In this document: in pieces, positions 10,505 to 20,060 of the stretch
How positions within the stretch are numbered: the first letter of the stretch is position 1
How the letters are laid out: the number at the start of each line of letters is the position of its first letter
DNA from: Opitutales bacterium
GTDB taxonomy: Bacteria > Verrucomicrobiota > Verrucomicrobiia > Opitutales > UBA2987
Length of the DNA: 64,000 nucleotides
NCBI GenBank assembly: GCA_965226885.1
Contig: CBDDEL010000011.1
Coordinates: 192,001 to 256,000 of the forward strand
Reading direction: 5' to 3'
Position numbers and translations under genes: made by a program
Notes under the pieces: model-generated
The model's input: the letters and a program-made list of their open reading frames with translations, nothing else
Database searches by the model: none
What the model was told of the DNA's origin: nothing

Positions 10505-11455
10505 ATGCCGAACCCCCTCCACCGACCAATCGCCAAATACACGGTTTTAAAATACCTGATACCGGTGGCGGTGGCCGTCCTGGTGGGATTGGGGATGGAG
10601 GGAAAAGCCGACGCCAATCGGGTGCGGGTAGCCACGCTAAACCTCGACAACTACCTCATCACCAATCGCATAGCCGATGGCGGTTTCCGTCCCGATTACC
10701 CCAAACCGGAAGCGGCCAAAGAAGCCCTCAGAAAAGTTATCCTGTCGGTTGATGCCGATGTCCTGGCGGTTCAGGAAATGGGACCACAACCGTTTCTGCT
10801 GGAATTGCAAAGGGACCTGCGAATTAACGGCCTCGATTATCCTCACACAGCTTTGATGGAGGGGAATGACCCCGACAGGCATACGGCGGTGCTCTCGAAA
10901 TTGCCGTTTATCGAGGTTATCCGCCGCAACGATCTCGATTTCAAATATTTTGAAGGGCGGGAGGTTGTCAAAAGAGGCCTGTTGGAGGTGGTTTTGGAAA
11001 CGGGCGGCGTGCGCTGGTCGTTGTTCAATGTGCACCTTAAAAGCCGGCTCGAAACAAGGCCGGAGGACCCGCAGTCCAACCTCCGGCGACGAGGGGAGGC
11101 CCTCGCCGTGCGTAATTTCATCCGCCATAAATACCCGCCCTCAGACAATCATTACTATCTGATCGTCGGAGATTTGAACGGTTCGAAAAACTCTCCTTCG
11201 ACCAAACTGCTGTTAAGCCGAGGGGCATCCATTCTCTCCCGTCTGGCGCCGGCTTTTGATTCCAGAGGGGAGGTGTGGACGTATTTTTACGCCCGGGAAG
11301 AGGAGTATTCGCGGGTGGATTATATTATAGCTTCCCCGGCTTTTTTTCCCAGGATTGTCAATGGACAGGGAACGGTGGCCGATTCGCCGTCCATGCGGGA
11401 GGGTTCGGACCACCGAATGGTTTACGCGGATTTTCTTTTCCCGCAATCGCGGTAA
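10505..11455 (+). CDS. Endonuclease/exonuclease/phosphatase family protein (exported)
   Basis: VATLNL, DVLAVQE, VHLKS, VGDLN, RVDYI, GSDHRMV. Confidence 0.9.
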   Translation: MPNPLHRPIAKYTVLKYLIPVAVAVLVGLGMEGKADANRVRVATLNLDNYLITNRIADGGFRPDYPKPEAAKEALRKVILSVDADVLAVQEMGPQPFLLELQRDLRINGLDYPHTALMEGNDPDRHTAVLSKLPFIEVIRRNDLDFKYFEGREVVKRGLLEVVLETGGVRWSLFNVHLKSRLETRPEDPQSNLRRRGEALAVRNFIRHKYPPSDNHYYLIVGDLNGSKNSPSTKLLLSRGASILSRLAPAFDSRGEVWTYFYAREEEYSRVDYIIASPAFFPRIVNGQGTVADSPSMREGSDHRMVYADFLFPQSR

Positions 11456-11471
11456 TGGAGCGATTGATTAT

Positions 11472-12368
11472 TTAAAATACGGTTATGGGAACTTCGACCG
11501 TTTCAAATCCGGGCGCTTCTACATAAATCTTGCCCCGCCCCGGATCTCCCCCTTCGAGTGGGATATTGACCGATCTTGCACCCTCCGGGATGACCACTTC
11601 GGGCATGATGACGCTTTCCGGTATATCGGTCGTTAAATTGATATAAAGCCCGCCCGGTGGCGCCGTGAAACCGATCGTGAACAGCATCATGGTGCGCTCG
11701 CCGCTATTGATTTCGGAGTCTTCCAGGTAGGCGTTGATGCTGGCCGAATCGATGCGAAACAGCCCTATGGGGATATCGCCCTGGCCGGTGCGCAGGGACA
11801 CCCGGTAATCCTGCCCCGCGGTCATCGAAGGGACGATAAAGCTGAGGGCGTTGGAGGAGGCGAATTCAATGGAAACTTCCTCTTCCCCGAATAAAATCAC
11901 ATCGTAGCGGGAAAACCCTCTGCCCACCACGGCGATATTGGAGCCGACGGGCGCCCGTTCGCTCTCCATTTGAATAATGTAGCGGTTGACCAGGTGGGCT
12001 TTGAACACATCAGTAAATTTCTTGAAATGGACGCGCCTGCTGTCGTTGAAATAATCGTATTCGAGCACATAGTAATAGCCCACTTCATTCATGTCCCGGG
12101 GCATATTGAAATCGAATTCGTAGACGTTATCGCCAATATTGCTCAACTTCATCTTTTGCTCTTGGCCGTTGATGATGATGGTGGTTTTGACGGAGTCCTT
12201 GTCGATATTGCTCTGCCAGATTTTTGTGGCCACACTGAAGGTATAAATACTGGAAGGATTTTCCGGAATATTCAATGGCATCAGATTGGTCAGCGTTGAG
12301 GCGCAGCCCCCCAGCAGAAAAGAAATTGCCGTGAAGGGAAGGAGGAAGTAATTATTTATAGTTTTCAT
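11472..12368 (-). CDS. Lipoprotein with IPT/TIG-like Ig-fold domains
   Basis: Lipobox LLGGC; RAPVGSNIAVVGRGFS...LSFIVPSM IPT-like segment. Confidence 0.75.
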   Translation of the reverse strand: MKTINNYFLLPFTAISFLLGGCASTLTNLMPLNIPENPSSIYTFSVATKIWQSNIDKDSVKTTIIINGQEQKMKLSNIGDNVYEFDFNMPRDMNEVGYYYVLEYDYFNDSRRVHFKKFTDVFKAHLVNRYIIQMESERAPVGSNIAVVGRGFSRYDVILFGEEEVSIEFASSNALSFIVPSMTAGQDYRVSLRTGQGDIPIGLFRIDSASINAYLEDSEINSGERTMMLFTIGFTAPPGGLYINLTTDIPESVIMPEVVIPEGARSVNIPLEGGDPGRGKIYVEAPGFETVEVPITVF

Positions 12369-12404
12369 GGAAAAAGGTTCTAAAGCAGGTTATCCATAAC
12401 AATA

Positions 12405-13592
12405 GTGAGTCTGCAAGAAAAAGCTGACACGCAAATGCCGTTGGGAGTATATTTTCACATTCCTTTCTGCGCGCGTCCATGCGATTTTTGCGATTTTTAC
12501 GAAGAAGCGCCAAAAAGAAGCGATATTGAACGCTTTCTGCAGGGTATGGAACGGGAACTTGCCCTGATTTCGATGAACCGGCCGGTGGAAACGGTTTTTT
12601 GGGGCGGAGGCACTCCGGGGCTTCTTCCACCGCGGGATTTGCAACGGCTCGGCCAGGCCATGCTCCAATGTTTGCAAAATTCACCAGGGGAATGGACTGT
12701 GGAGATGGCGCCTTCCACCGTCAAAAGGGAAAAACTGCGGGTCTTGCGCGATCTTGGCGTCAACAGAATCTCACTGGGGGTGCAAAGTTTCCACCCAGCC
12801 ATGCTGGAAACGCTCGGGCGTTCCCACGCCCCCAAACAGGTTTGCCGGGCCATCGAATTAATTAAAGAGATGGGGTTCGAGAACCTCAACCTGGACCTTA
12901 TTTTCTCCATTCCCGGACAAAGCATCGAGGATTGGCTGGACGACTTGCAAATGGCCGTTGCGGCGCAACCGCAACACATCTCGACTTATTGCCTGACCTT
13001 CGAGGAAGACACGGCCCTCTGGCTGCGGCGGCAAAAAGGGCAAACTTCAGCCAAAACAGAGGCGGAGGAAACAGCATTTTACGAAAAATCGGCCGAATTT
13101 CTGCCCGCCAGCGGTTATTACCAGTACGAAATCTCCAATTATTGCCAACCGGGGTTTGCTTGCCGGCACAATCTCAACACCTGGAAAATGACCGAATGGA
13201 TTGGTTTCGGGCCGTCCGCGGCATCGCAATACGCGGGCCTGCGCCATGCCAATGTGGCCTCGCTGGATGAATGGTTGAAGGGCGTTTCGGAGGGTAAGCC
13301 CAGAAATGTCGAGCGAACGATGCTGAACCCCGATTTGCTTTTTGCCGATAGCCTCATATTCGGCCTTCGCATGAACGAGGGGATCGACCTGCCCGCCCTT
13401 AAGAATCGGTTTGCTCCCACCAAGGCGCATTTGGCGGACGAGTTGTGGCTGAACCTTCAGGCCGAGGGTTTGCTCGAAGGAATAGAGACGGGAAAACTGA
13501 AATTGACAAAAAAAGGATTATTGCTGGCCGACCGCATCGGGGTCGAAATTCTCTCCACTCTCGAGGATGAAATTGAATGCATGGCACATTAA
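12405..13592 (+). CDS. hemW: Radical SAM heme chaperone HemW (HemN-like)
   Basis: YFHIPFCARPCDFCDF, GGGTP, RISLGVQS, YEISNY, HNLNTW. Confidence 0.88.
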   Translation: MSLQEKADTQMPLGVYFHIPFCARPCDFCDFYEEAPKRSDIERFLQGMERELALISMNRPVETVFWGGGTPGLLPPRDLQRLGQAMLQCLQNSPGEWTVEMAPSTVKREKLRVLRDLGVNRISLGVQSFHPAMLETLGRSHAPKQVCRAIELIKEMGFENLNLDLIFSIPGQSIEDWLDDLQMAVAAQPQHISTYCLTFEEDTALWLRRQKGQTSAKTEAEETAFYEKSAEFLPASGYYQYEISNYCQPGFACRHNLNTWKMTEWIGFGPSAASQYAGLRHANVASLDEWLKGVSEGKPRNVERTMLNPDLLFADSLIFGLRMNEGIDLPALKNRFAPTKAHLADELWLNLQAEGLLEGIETGKLKLTKKGLLLADRIGVEILSTLEDEIECMAH

Positions 13593-14968
13593 ATTACCTT
13601 TTTTGTTAGCTCTCGCTGCGGGTTGTCGGCGAAGAGGGCGCTCAGGAGCATGAGGGCGGAGATGCCGAGGGAAAGGACGAAGAGGTGGCGGTAAGCGCCG
13701 AAGTGATCCTTGCAGAGGCTGAAGACGAGGGGGCCGAAGGCGCTCCCGATAACGATTTTGGAGAGTGCGTAGCCGCTGATCGCACCCAGATGCTGGCGTC
13801 CGAAAAATCGCGGCCAGACAACTCCGTTGAGCGTAGGCAGGCTGCCCAGGCACAATCCCAAGCCGATGACAATCAGAGCTATTCCTAATGATGAAGGCAT
13901 GATAAGGATTCCGCCCATGCAAACGCCGAGCGCTATAGTGACGGCGATGAGAAGGTATTTTATCTTGGCGTGGTCGCACACCCAGCCGGTCAGGAGGGTG
14001 CCTAAAATACTGATTAATGCCATGCGTGGAAAAAGGCCGAGTATGGCGTTCCTGTCTAGTCCAAGTTCCTCGCCCACGGAAACCACATGAAAGGTATAAC
14101 CGGTTATAAACATGCTGAAATAGGAGCCGATCAGAACGACGATCCAAAATGAAGGCGACCGCTTGGCTTCGGCCAGGGTGAATTCTTTTATGGTGGGTGG
14201 GCCCGACTCTTTTTTAGTTTTGGAATGAGCTGGATTTATGGAAACGCCGTCCATTCGCAGACCGCATTCCTCGGGGTTGTCGCGGAAAAAAATCCAGGCG
14301 ATGGCAGACATGCCAAAAATGAGGAGGGCCGCCATGAGCCACCAAGCGCCTCGCCAACCGAACATTTGAATGAGCCGATCGAAAACTGAGGGCGCCACGG
14401 AAAAACTCAGCGAGACCACTATGCCACTAGTGGCCAACACCCTGCCGCGGCGTTTGTCGAACCATTTTCCGGTCATGGCCCAGGAAGTCATCGAAAGCAT
14501 GCCCTGCCCGAAAAACCGGGCCATGAAAAAGCCTATCCCGATGACCATAAACGAAATCAGCCAGTGTGACGGTTTGCCGATCAGAGCGGAGAAAACGTTG
14601 GCGATGCGGTCGGCAAGGCTCAGGTAAACCACCACCAAACCCATGGCCAAAGACGACAAAACCATGGTCTTGCGAATTCCCCACCGATCCAAAAGCCGAC
14701 CCCCGAGGGGAAGCAGGAATCCACTCAAGGCCGTCCCCAGAAAATAGGCGGTGCTCAGCCGAACCCGGCTCAATCCCAATTCCACGATCAAGACATCGGC
14801 AAATACACTGAACCCGATGGTCTGTCCCGGAATGCTGGCGATTAAACCCAAGGTGGACACGAAGACGACCACCCAGCCATAAAAAAAAGGCCATCGCGCC
14901 GGGGAAAAGGGAAAATCGGGCCGCCAAAGAATTCCCTGGCCCGTGTTGCCAGATGATAAATCACTCAT
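13589..14968 (-). CDS. MFS transporter
   Basis: 12-TM pattern, GRLLDRWGIRK motif A, RFFGRQHLGAISG. Confidence 0.9.
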   Translation of the reverse strand: MSDLSSGNTGQGILWRPDFPFSPARWPFFYGWVVVFVSTLGLIASIPGQTIGFSVFADVLIVELGLSRVRLSTAYFLGTALSGFLLPLGGRLLDRWGIRKTMVLSSLAMGLVVVYLSLADRIANVFSALIGKPSHWLISFMVIGIGFFMARFFGQGMLSMTSWAMTGKWFDKRRGRVLATSGIVVSLSFSVAPSVFDRLIQMFGWRGAWWLMAALLIFGMSAIAWIFFRDNPEECGLRMDGVSINPAHSKTKKESGPPTIKEFTLAEAKRSPSFWIVVLIGSYFSMFITGYTFHVVSVGEELGLDRNAILGLFPRMALISILGTLLTGWVCDHAKIKYLLIAVTIALGVCMGGILIMPSSLGIALIVIGLGLCLGSLPTLNGVVWPRFFGRQHLGAISGYALSKIVIGSAFGPLVFSLCKDHFGAYRHLFVLSLGISALMLLSALFADNPQRELTKKVI

Positions 14969-15798
14969 GAGGCTCGAAAGGAAAAGAACTTTGGCTTAGG
15001 GGCGCAAAAGAATAAATCCACCTGGGGAGAAAACAGCCGTGAGTTACGGTCGGCCATTAAAAAAAAACCAAATTATGTAAATCGCAGGGCGCTGTATAGA
15101 TTAGATAAGCCGTAATCGCGGCTTCACTGGCAAATTTCACCCTTTGGGGAAAGTCTCTATTTAATTGGTTAAAACCTATTTCAAGAGAGTGAATCCACCA
15201 TCGATATCGTAAGCCGATCCGGTAATAAATTCCGCTTCATCGCTGCATACAAAAGCTGCCAGCGCCGCGATCTCCTGAGGCTGCCCCATGCGCCCGATTG
15301 GTTGATAACGGGAAAGTTTTTCCATCATTTCCTCTTTATTGTCAGCGTAATGCTTTTCTACGAAGGAATCTACAAACGGAGTATGCACCCGGCCGGGGCA
15401 GAGGCAGTTGCAGCGTATCCCGTCATCTATATAATCCCGAGCTACGGACAAGGTCATGGTAAGTACCGCTCCTTTACTCATGGAGTAGGCAAACCGATCC
15501 TGAATCCCCACTTTGCTGGCCACGGATGCCATATTGAGAATCACGCCCTTACCCTTTGATTTCATTTTTGGAATTGCGGCGCGCAGGCAATGATAAACTC
15601 CCTTCACATTAACGGCATAAATCCGATCCATTTCTTCCGGAGTAGTTGCCTCAATATTACCGATGGAGGCGATGCCCGCATTGTTTACCAGAATATCCAC
15701 CCTTTTGACCTTTGAGAATACCGATTGAACCGACCCAAATTGTGACACATCGCAGGCCCAGGTTTGGCACTTCCCCCCCGCCTCGCGAATGCTATTAG

Positions 15799-16621
15799 CC
15801 CGGATATTTCGTAAAAAAGTATCGCTAATATGCTTAACTGCTGATATACAGCAGGATAGATCAATAATTAAAGCAATATCAGCGATGACAAAAGGTAAAC
15901 AATTAAAGCTACAGTTGACAAGGGTAAAAGGCCGCCGTGTGCGGGTTGATTTCAAGGGCGGAGAGGTTACTTCGGATGCCGGACTGCTTTTGATCCGGGA
16001 AGTGGATCGGCAGTTGGGCTTGACCGAACGAGCGGCCCGACAGTTAGTGGACAAACGGCAGAAGGGCAAAGTACGCCATGAGGTATTGGGGATGCTGCGG
16101 CAGCGCGTTTACGGGCTGGTGGCGGGCTATGAGGATTTGAACGACTTTGATACCCTGCGCCACGATCCATTGTTGCCAACGGTAACGGGGCGCATTGAAA
16201 CGTTGGCCAGCGCGCCGACTTTGTGTCGTTTTGAAAACGGGCAGGATCGGCGGGCGGCCTTTGCGGTAAACGAGCTGTTGGTCGAACAGTTCATGGGCTC
16301 CTTTGCCGAGGAACCCGAAGAGATCATCCTGGACTTTGACGCCACCGACAATCCGGTGCACGGGCTCCAGGAGGGACGTTTTTTCCACGGTTATTATGAT
16401 CATTACTGTTTTCTGCCGCTATATGTTTTTTGCGGTGATCAGCTGCTGGTGGCCTACCTGCGGCCGAGCAAGATCGATGCCAGCAAGCATGCCGGGGCCA
16501 TCCTCAAATTGCTGGTTAAACGGATTCGCCAAAGCTGGCCCCGTACGCGGATTATTTGGCGCGCCGACAGTGGATTTTGTCGAGACCGGATACTCTCTTG
16601 GTGCGACCGCAACGAAGTTAG
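15799..16621 (+). mobile_element. IS1380 copy 2, left 823 bp only
   Basis: Starts with left IR CCCGGATATTTCG after TTAG; ends at the internal TTAG where copy 3 begins. Confidence 0.93.
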
Positions 16622-18188
16622 CCCGGATATTTCGTAAAAAAAGTATCGTTGATATGCTTAACTGCTGATATACAGCAGGATAGATCAATAATTAAAGCAA
16701 TATCAGCGATGACAAAAGGTAAACAATTAAAGCTACAGTTGACAAGGGTAAAAGGCCGCCGTGTGCGGGTTGATTTCAAGGGCGGAGAGGTTACTTCGGA
16801 TGCCGGACTGCTTTTGATCCGGGAAGTGGATCGGCAGTTGGGCTTGACCGAACGAGCGGCCCGACAGTTAGTGGACAAACGGCAGAAGGGCAAAGTACGC
16901 CATGAGGTATTGGGGATGCTGCGGCAGCGCGTTTACGGGCTGGTGGCGGGCTATGAGGATTTGAACGACTTTGATACCCTGCGCCACGATCCATTGTTGC
17001 AAACGGTAACGGGGCGCATTGAAACGTTGGCCAGCGCGCCGACTTTGTGTCGTTTTGAAAACGGGCAGGATCGGCGGGCGGCCTTTGCGGTAAACGAGCT
17101 GTTGGTCGAACAGTTCATGGGCTCCTTTGCCGAGGAACCCGAAGAGATCATCCTGGACTTTGACGCCACCGACAATCCGGTGCACGGGCTCCAGGAGGGA
17201 CGTTTTTTCCACGGTTATTATGATCATTACTGTTTTCTGCCGCTATATGTTTTTTGCGGTGATCAGCTGCTGGTGGCCTACCTGCGGCCGAGCAAGATCG
17301 ATGCCAGCAAGCATGCCGGGGCCATCCTCAAATTGCTGGTTAAACGGATTCGCCAAAGCTGGCCCCGTACGCGGATTATTTGGCGCGCCGACAGTGGATT
17401 TTGTCGAGACCGGATACTCTCTTGGTGCGACCGCAACGAAGTTAGTTACATCGTGGGGATGGCTCGCAATGCACGCTTGCAGCAAGACGCCCAGCAGTTG
17501 CAAAAGCAGGCCAAAGAATGGTTCGAACTAAGGGGTGAAAAACAACGGTTATTCCAGGACTTCGTCTATGCTGCCGATTCGTGGCGATGGCTGCGGTTGG
17601 TCATCCATAAAGCCGAACACACCGCACAGGGGTCCAACCCGCGCTTCGTGGTGACGAACCTGCCGGGCGATCCCCAGGAGCTTTACGACAAGGTATACTG
17701 TGGCCGCGGTGAAATGGAGAACCGAATCAAGGAACAGATGCAATTGTTCAGCGAGCGCACCAGCGCCCATCAATGGTGGGCCAATCAGTGGCGATTGCTC
17801 TTGTCGGCGCTGGCCTACACCTTGATGGAAGCCATGCGCCGGTTAGCCTTAAAAGGGACGAAGTGGGCGCGGGCCCAATGCCACACCCTGCGGCTCAAAT
17901 TAATCAAGATCGGAGCGGTCATCGTGCGCAACACCCGAACGATTCACTTTCACCTAAGTGAGAGTTATCCTTGGGCCAGTCTTTTCAACCATGCGGCCCG
18001 CCGATTGGTGCCAACCTAAAGGGTGCATTGGTGCTGCCCCCGGCACTACCGAACCAATGGGGGAAAGGGGGCAGTGTCTCTACACCCTGAAAAACACCTA
18101 AAAATCAAGACGATCTGCTCAAAATACAAAGAAATCCATCTCCAATAGCAATAACGAGCCAAACTTTGCCCTTCATGAAATATCCGGG
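16622..18188 (+). mobile_element. IS1380 copy 3, complete
   Basis: Both IRs; TTAG on each side (16618-16621, 18189-18192). Confidence 0.96.
16709..18019 (+). CDS. IS1380-family DDE transposase (436 aa, intact)
   Basis: TSDAG, GYEDLND, LDFDAT, RADSGF, RGEMENRIKE motifs. Confidence 0.95.
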   Translation: MTKGKQLKLQLTRVKGRRVRVDFKGGEVTSDAGLLLIREVDRQLGLTERAARQLVDKRQKGKVRHEVLGMLRQRVYGLVAGYEDLNDFDTLRHDPLLQTVTGRIETLASAPTLCRFENGQDRRAAFAVNELLVEQFMGSFAEEPEEIILDFDATDNPVHGLQEGRFFHGYYDHYCFLPLYVFCGDQLLVAYLRPSKIDASKHAGAILKLLVKRIRQSWPRTRIIWRADSGFCRDRILSWCDRNEVSYIVGMARNARLQQDAQQLQKQAKEWFELRGEKQRLFQDFVYAADSWRWLRLVIHKAEHTAQGSNPRFVVTNLPGDPQELYDKVYCGRGEMENRIKEQMQLFSERTSAHQWWANQWRLLLSALAYTLMEAMRRLALKGTKWARAQCHTLRLKLIKIGAVIVRNTRTIHFHLSESYPWASLFNHAARRLVPT

Positions 18189-18396
18189 TTAGCCGTTTCC
18201 TCGGCGTCCGATTCGTTCACATCAAGGATATGCACTATTGCTCCCTCCGCTGAAAAGCGAAGGGCTATCGCTCTGCCAATGCCTGAACCACCGCCGGTCA
18301 CGAAGGCGTGTTTCCCATTAAACTTTGTTTGTTCGCTCATAATTTAATCGAAATGTAAGACTTCCCCAAAAATGCCCACCATGCCGGTTAGTGATT

Positions 18397-19596
18397 TCAA
18401 GCGGGAAAACAGGCGGGGCCCAGCGGTTCGAAGGATTTATAGGTCAAGACAAATTCCTGGTGCCCCAAGGCTTCCGAGGCCGTTGGCTCCCCCGCCGCGG
18501 AATAGGCAATTTTTCCATATATTTCTTCTCCCACTTCGTCCAGGGTCGCCCTTCCTTCCAGAATTTTTCCCGCGTCGATATCCATGTCTTCCTCCATTCG
18601 ACGATAGGTTTCCGGATTGGCGCAGACTTTGATGACCGGTGAGATGACCGAGCCCACCACGGATCCACGACCGGTGGAAAATATAATGACGTGGCATCCG
18701 CAGGCGATCAGTTCGGCAATTTCCGCATTGTCGTTGATGTTTGGAAAACCGAAGCGCACTTCTCCATCGGGAACAACATCCAGCAGGTATAGGCCGCCTT
18801 TTTGGGGAAAGTCTCCTGGTTTTAACAGGCCCGAAATCGGTGAATTTCCACTTTTCACATAGGCGCCCATCGATTTTTCCTCCAGGGTGGTGAGACCTCC
18901 ATCGGCATTTCCGGGGGCAAAACTGCCGTGACCCAGCGTTTTGTAAAATCGGGCCGCCTTTTCCACTGTCTTGCGGATTTCATCTCCAAGGCCAGGCGTC
19001 GCCGCCCGGTCGGCCATGAAGTTCTCGCATCCGATCATTTCCCCGGTTTCCTCAAAAATGACCCGGGCGCCCTTTTTTACGAGAATGTCGAAACATCGCC
19101 CAATGGCCGGGTTGGCTGTAATCCCGCTGGTGGCGTCGGACCCCCCGCAAATTGTGCCCACCACCAGTTCGTCAACGGTGAGGCTGCAACGCGGAACTTC
19201 CCGCATTTTTTCCAGGGTTTCCCCGATCCATTTCTGCCCTGCTTCCAGGGTTTTGCGAGTTCCGCCGGAGATTTGTATGCCAAGGGTATGGACTGGGCGG
19301 CCCGAAGCGGCAATTGCCTGTTGCAAAGAATTCCGGTCAAAACCCTCGCATCCCAAAGAAACCAGAAGGGCTCCTCCCACATTGGGATGGGTGCATAAGC
19401 GCCGCAGCATCTGGTTGGAATATTTATTCGGAAAACAACCGCTGAACCCGATGAGTTGCACTTCATTTTCAGGATAGGATTGAACAATTTTCTCAGCTAC
19501 ATGGCGCGCGCATTCGACCAGGTAAACGACTACAATGCAGTTGCGAATGCCCTTTCTGCCGTCTTTTCGAAGGTATCCCTGCAGCTCAGCTTCCAT
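18397..19596 (-). CDS. UxaA/GarD-family sugar-acid dehydratase, large subunit
   Basis: GYLRKDGRKGIRN, HPNVGGALLVSLGCE, CGGSD, GNADGGLTTLEEKSMG, FSTGRG. Confidence 0.9.
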   Translation of the reverse strand: MEAELQGYLRKDGRKGIRNCIVVVYLVECARHVAEKIVQSYPENEVQLIGFSGCFPNKYSNQMLRRLCTHPNVGGALLVSLGCEGFDRNSLQQAIAASGRPVHTLGIQISGGTRKTLEAGQKWIGETLEKMREVPRCSLTVDELVVGTICGGSDATSGITANPAIGRCFDILVKKGARVIFEETGEMIGCENFMADRAATPGLGDEIRKTVEKAARFYKTLGHGSFAPGNADGGLTTLEEKSMGAYVKSGNSPISGLLKPGDFPQKGGLYLLDVVPDGEVRFGFPNINDNAEIAELIACGCHVIIFSTGRGSVVGSVISPVIKVCANPETYRRMEEDMDIDAGKILEGRATLDEVGEEIYGKIAYSAAGEPTASEALGHQEFVLTYKSFEPLGPACFPA

Positions 19597-19903
19597 ATTT
19601 CTGTCCGTCTTCAAGGGTGTAGGTAGGAAGATAATCGCTTTTCATATTATGCAGGTGCACATGCTCGCCAACCGAAATCCGTTCTATGGCCGAACCAATG
19701 GGCGCTCCGAATTTAATGATATTTTCTCCCTTCGAAATGTCATCAAGGGCGATTTTGTGGCCCAAACCCAATGTCATTTCCATAGTGAATGTTCTCCCTC
19801 CGACTAAGAGCGTTTCCCCTTTTTCAATCGTCCGTCTGAGGCAAACAATATTGTCATCGGGATGAAGCTGGATTAATTGACTGTCTATTTGTGTTGGCGG
19901 CAT
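19586..19903 (-). CDS. UxaA-family dehydratase small (SAF-domain) subunit
   Basis: LHPDDNIV, GHKIAL, IIKFGAPIG, GEHVHLHN. Confidence 0.9.
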   Translation of the reverse strand: MPPTQIDSQLIQLHPDDNIVCLRRTIEKGETLLVGGRTFTMEMTLGLGHKIALDDISKGENIIKFGAPIGSAIERISVGEHVHLHNMKSDYLPTYTLEDGQKYGS

Positions 19904-20060
19904 GAAATGAAGCAATCAGGCAAAAACGATGACAAGTCCAACCAAACTTTATTCATTTTTCAGAAACAGCCAAGGACGGGAATACAAACGTCAGGCTTAC
20001 CAATGGGCAATTCCAAAGCCGGATCACCGGTGGAGCTTATGGTGACCGAAAGCAAGTATT

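Larger units (their letters stand above)
15176..18340 (-). pseudogene. SDR oxidoreductase (2-keto-3-deoxy-sugar-acid dehydrogenase-like), split by tandem IS1380
   Basis: N-part 18193-18340 ([22 protein letters not shown]...EETA) plus C-part 15176-15798 (NSIREAGG...NNAG...YSMSK...CPG). Removing the IS and one TTAG copy restores a 256-aa ORF. Confidence 0.92.

Noticed and set aside
15176..16069. 297-aa ORF as a novel SDR fusion
   Set aside because: Its N-terminus is antisense IS1380 sequence running into the SDR C-half.
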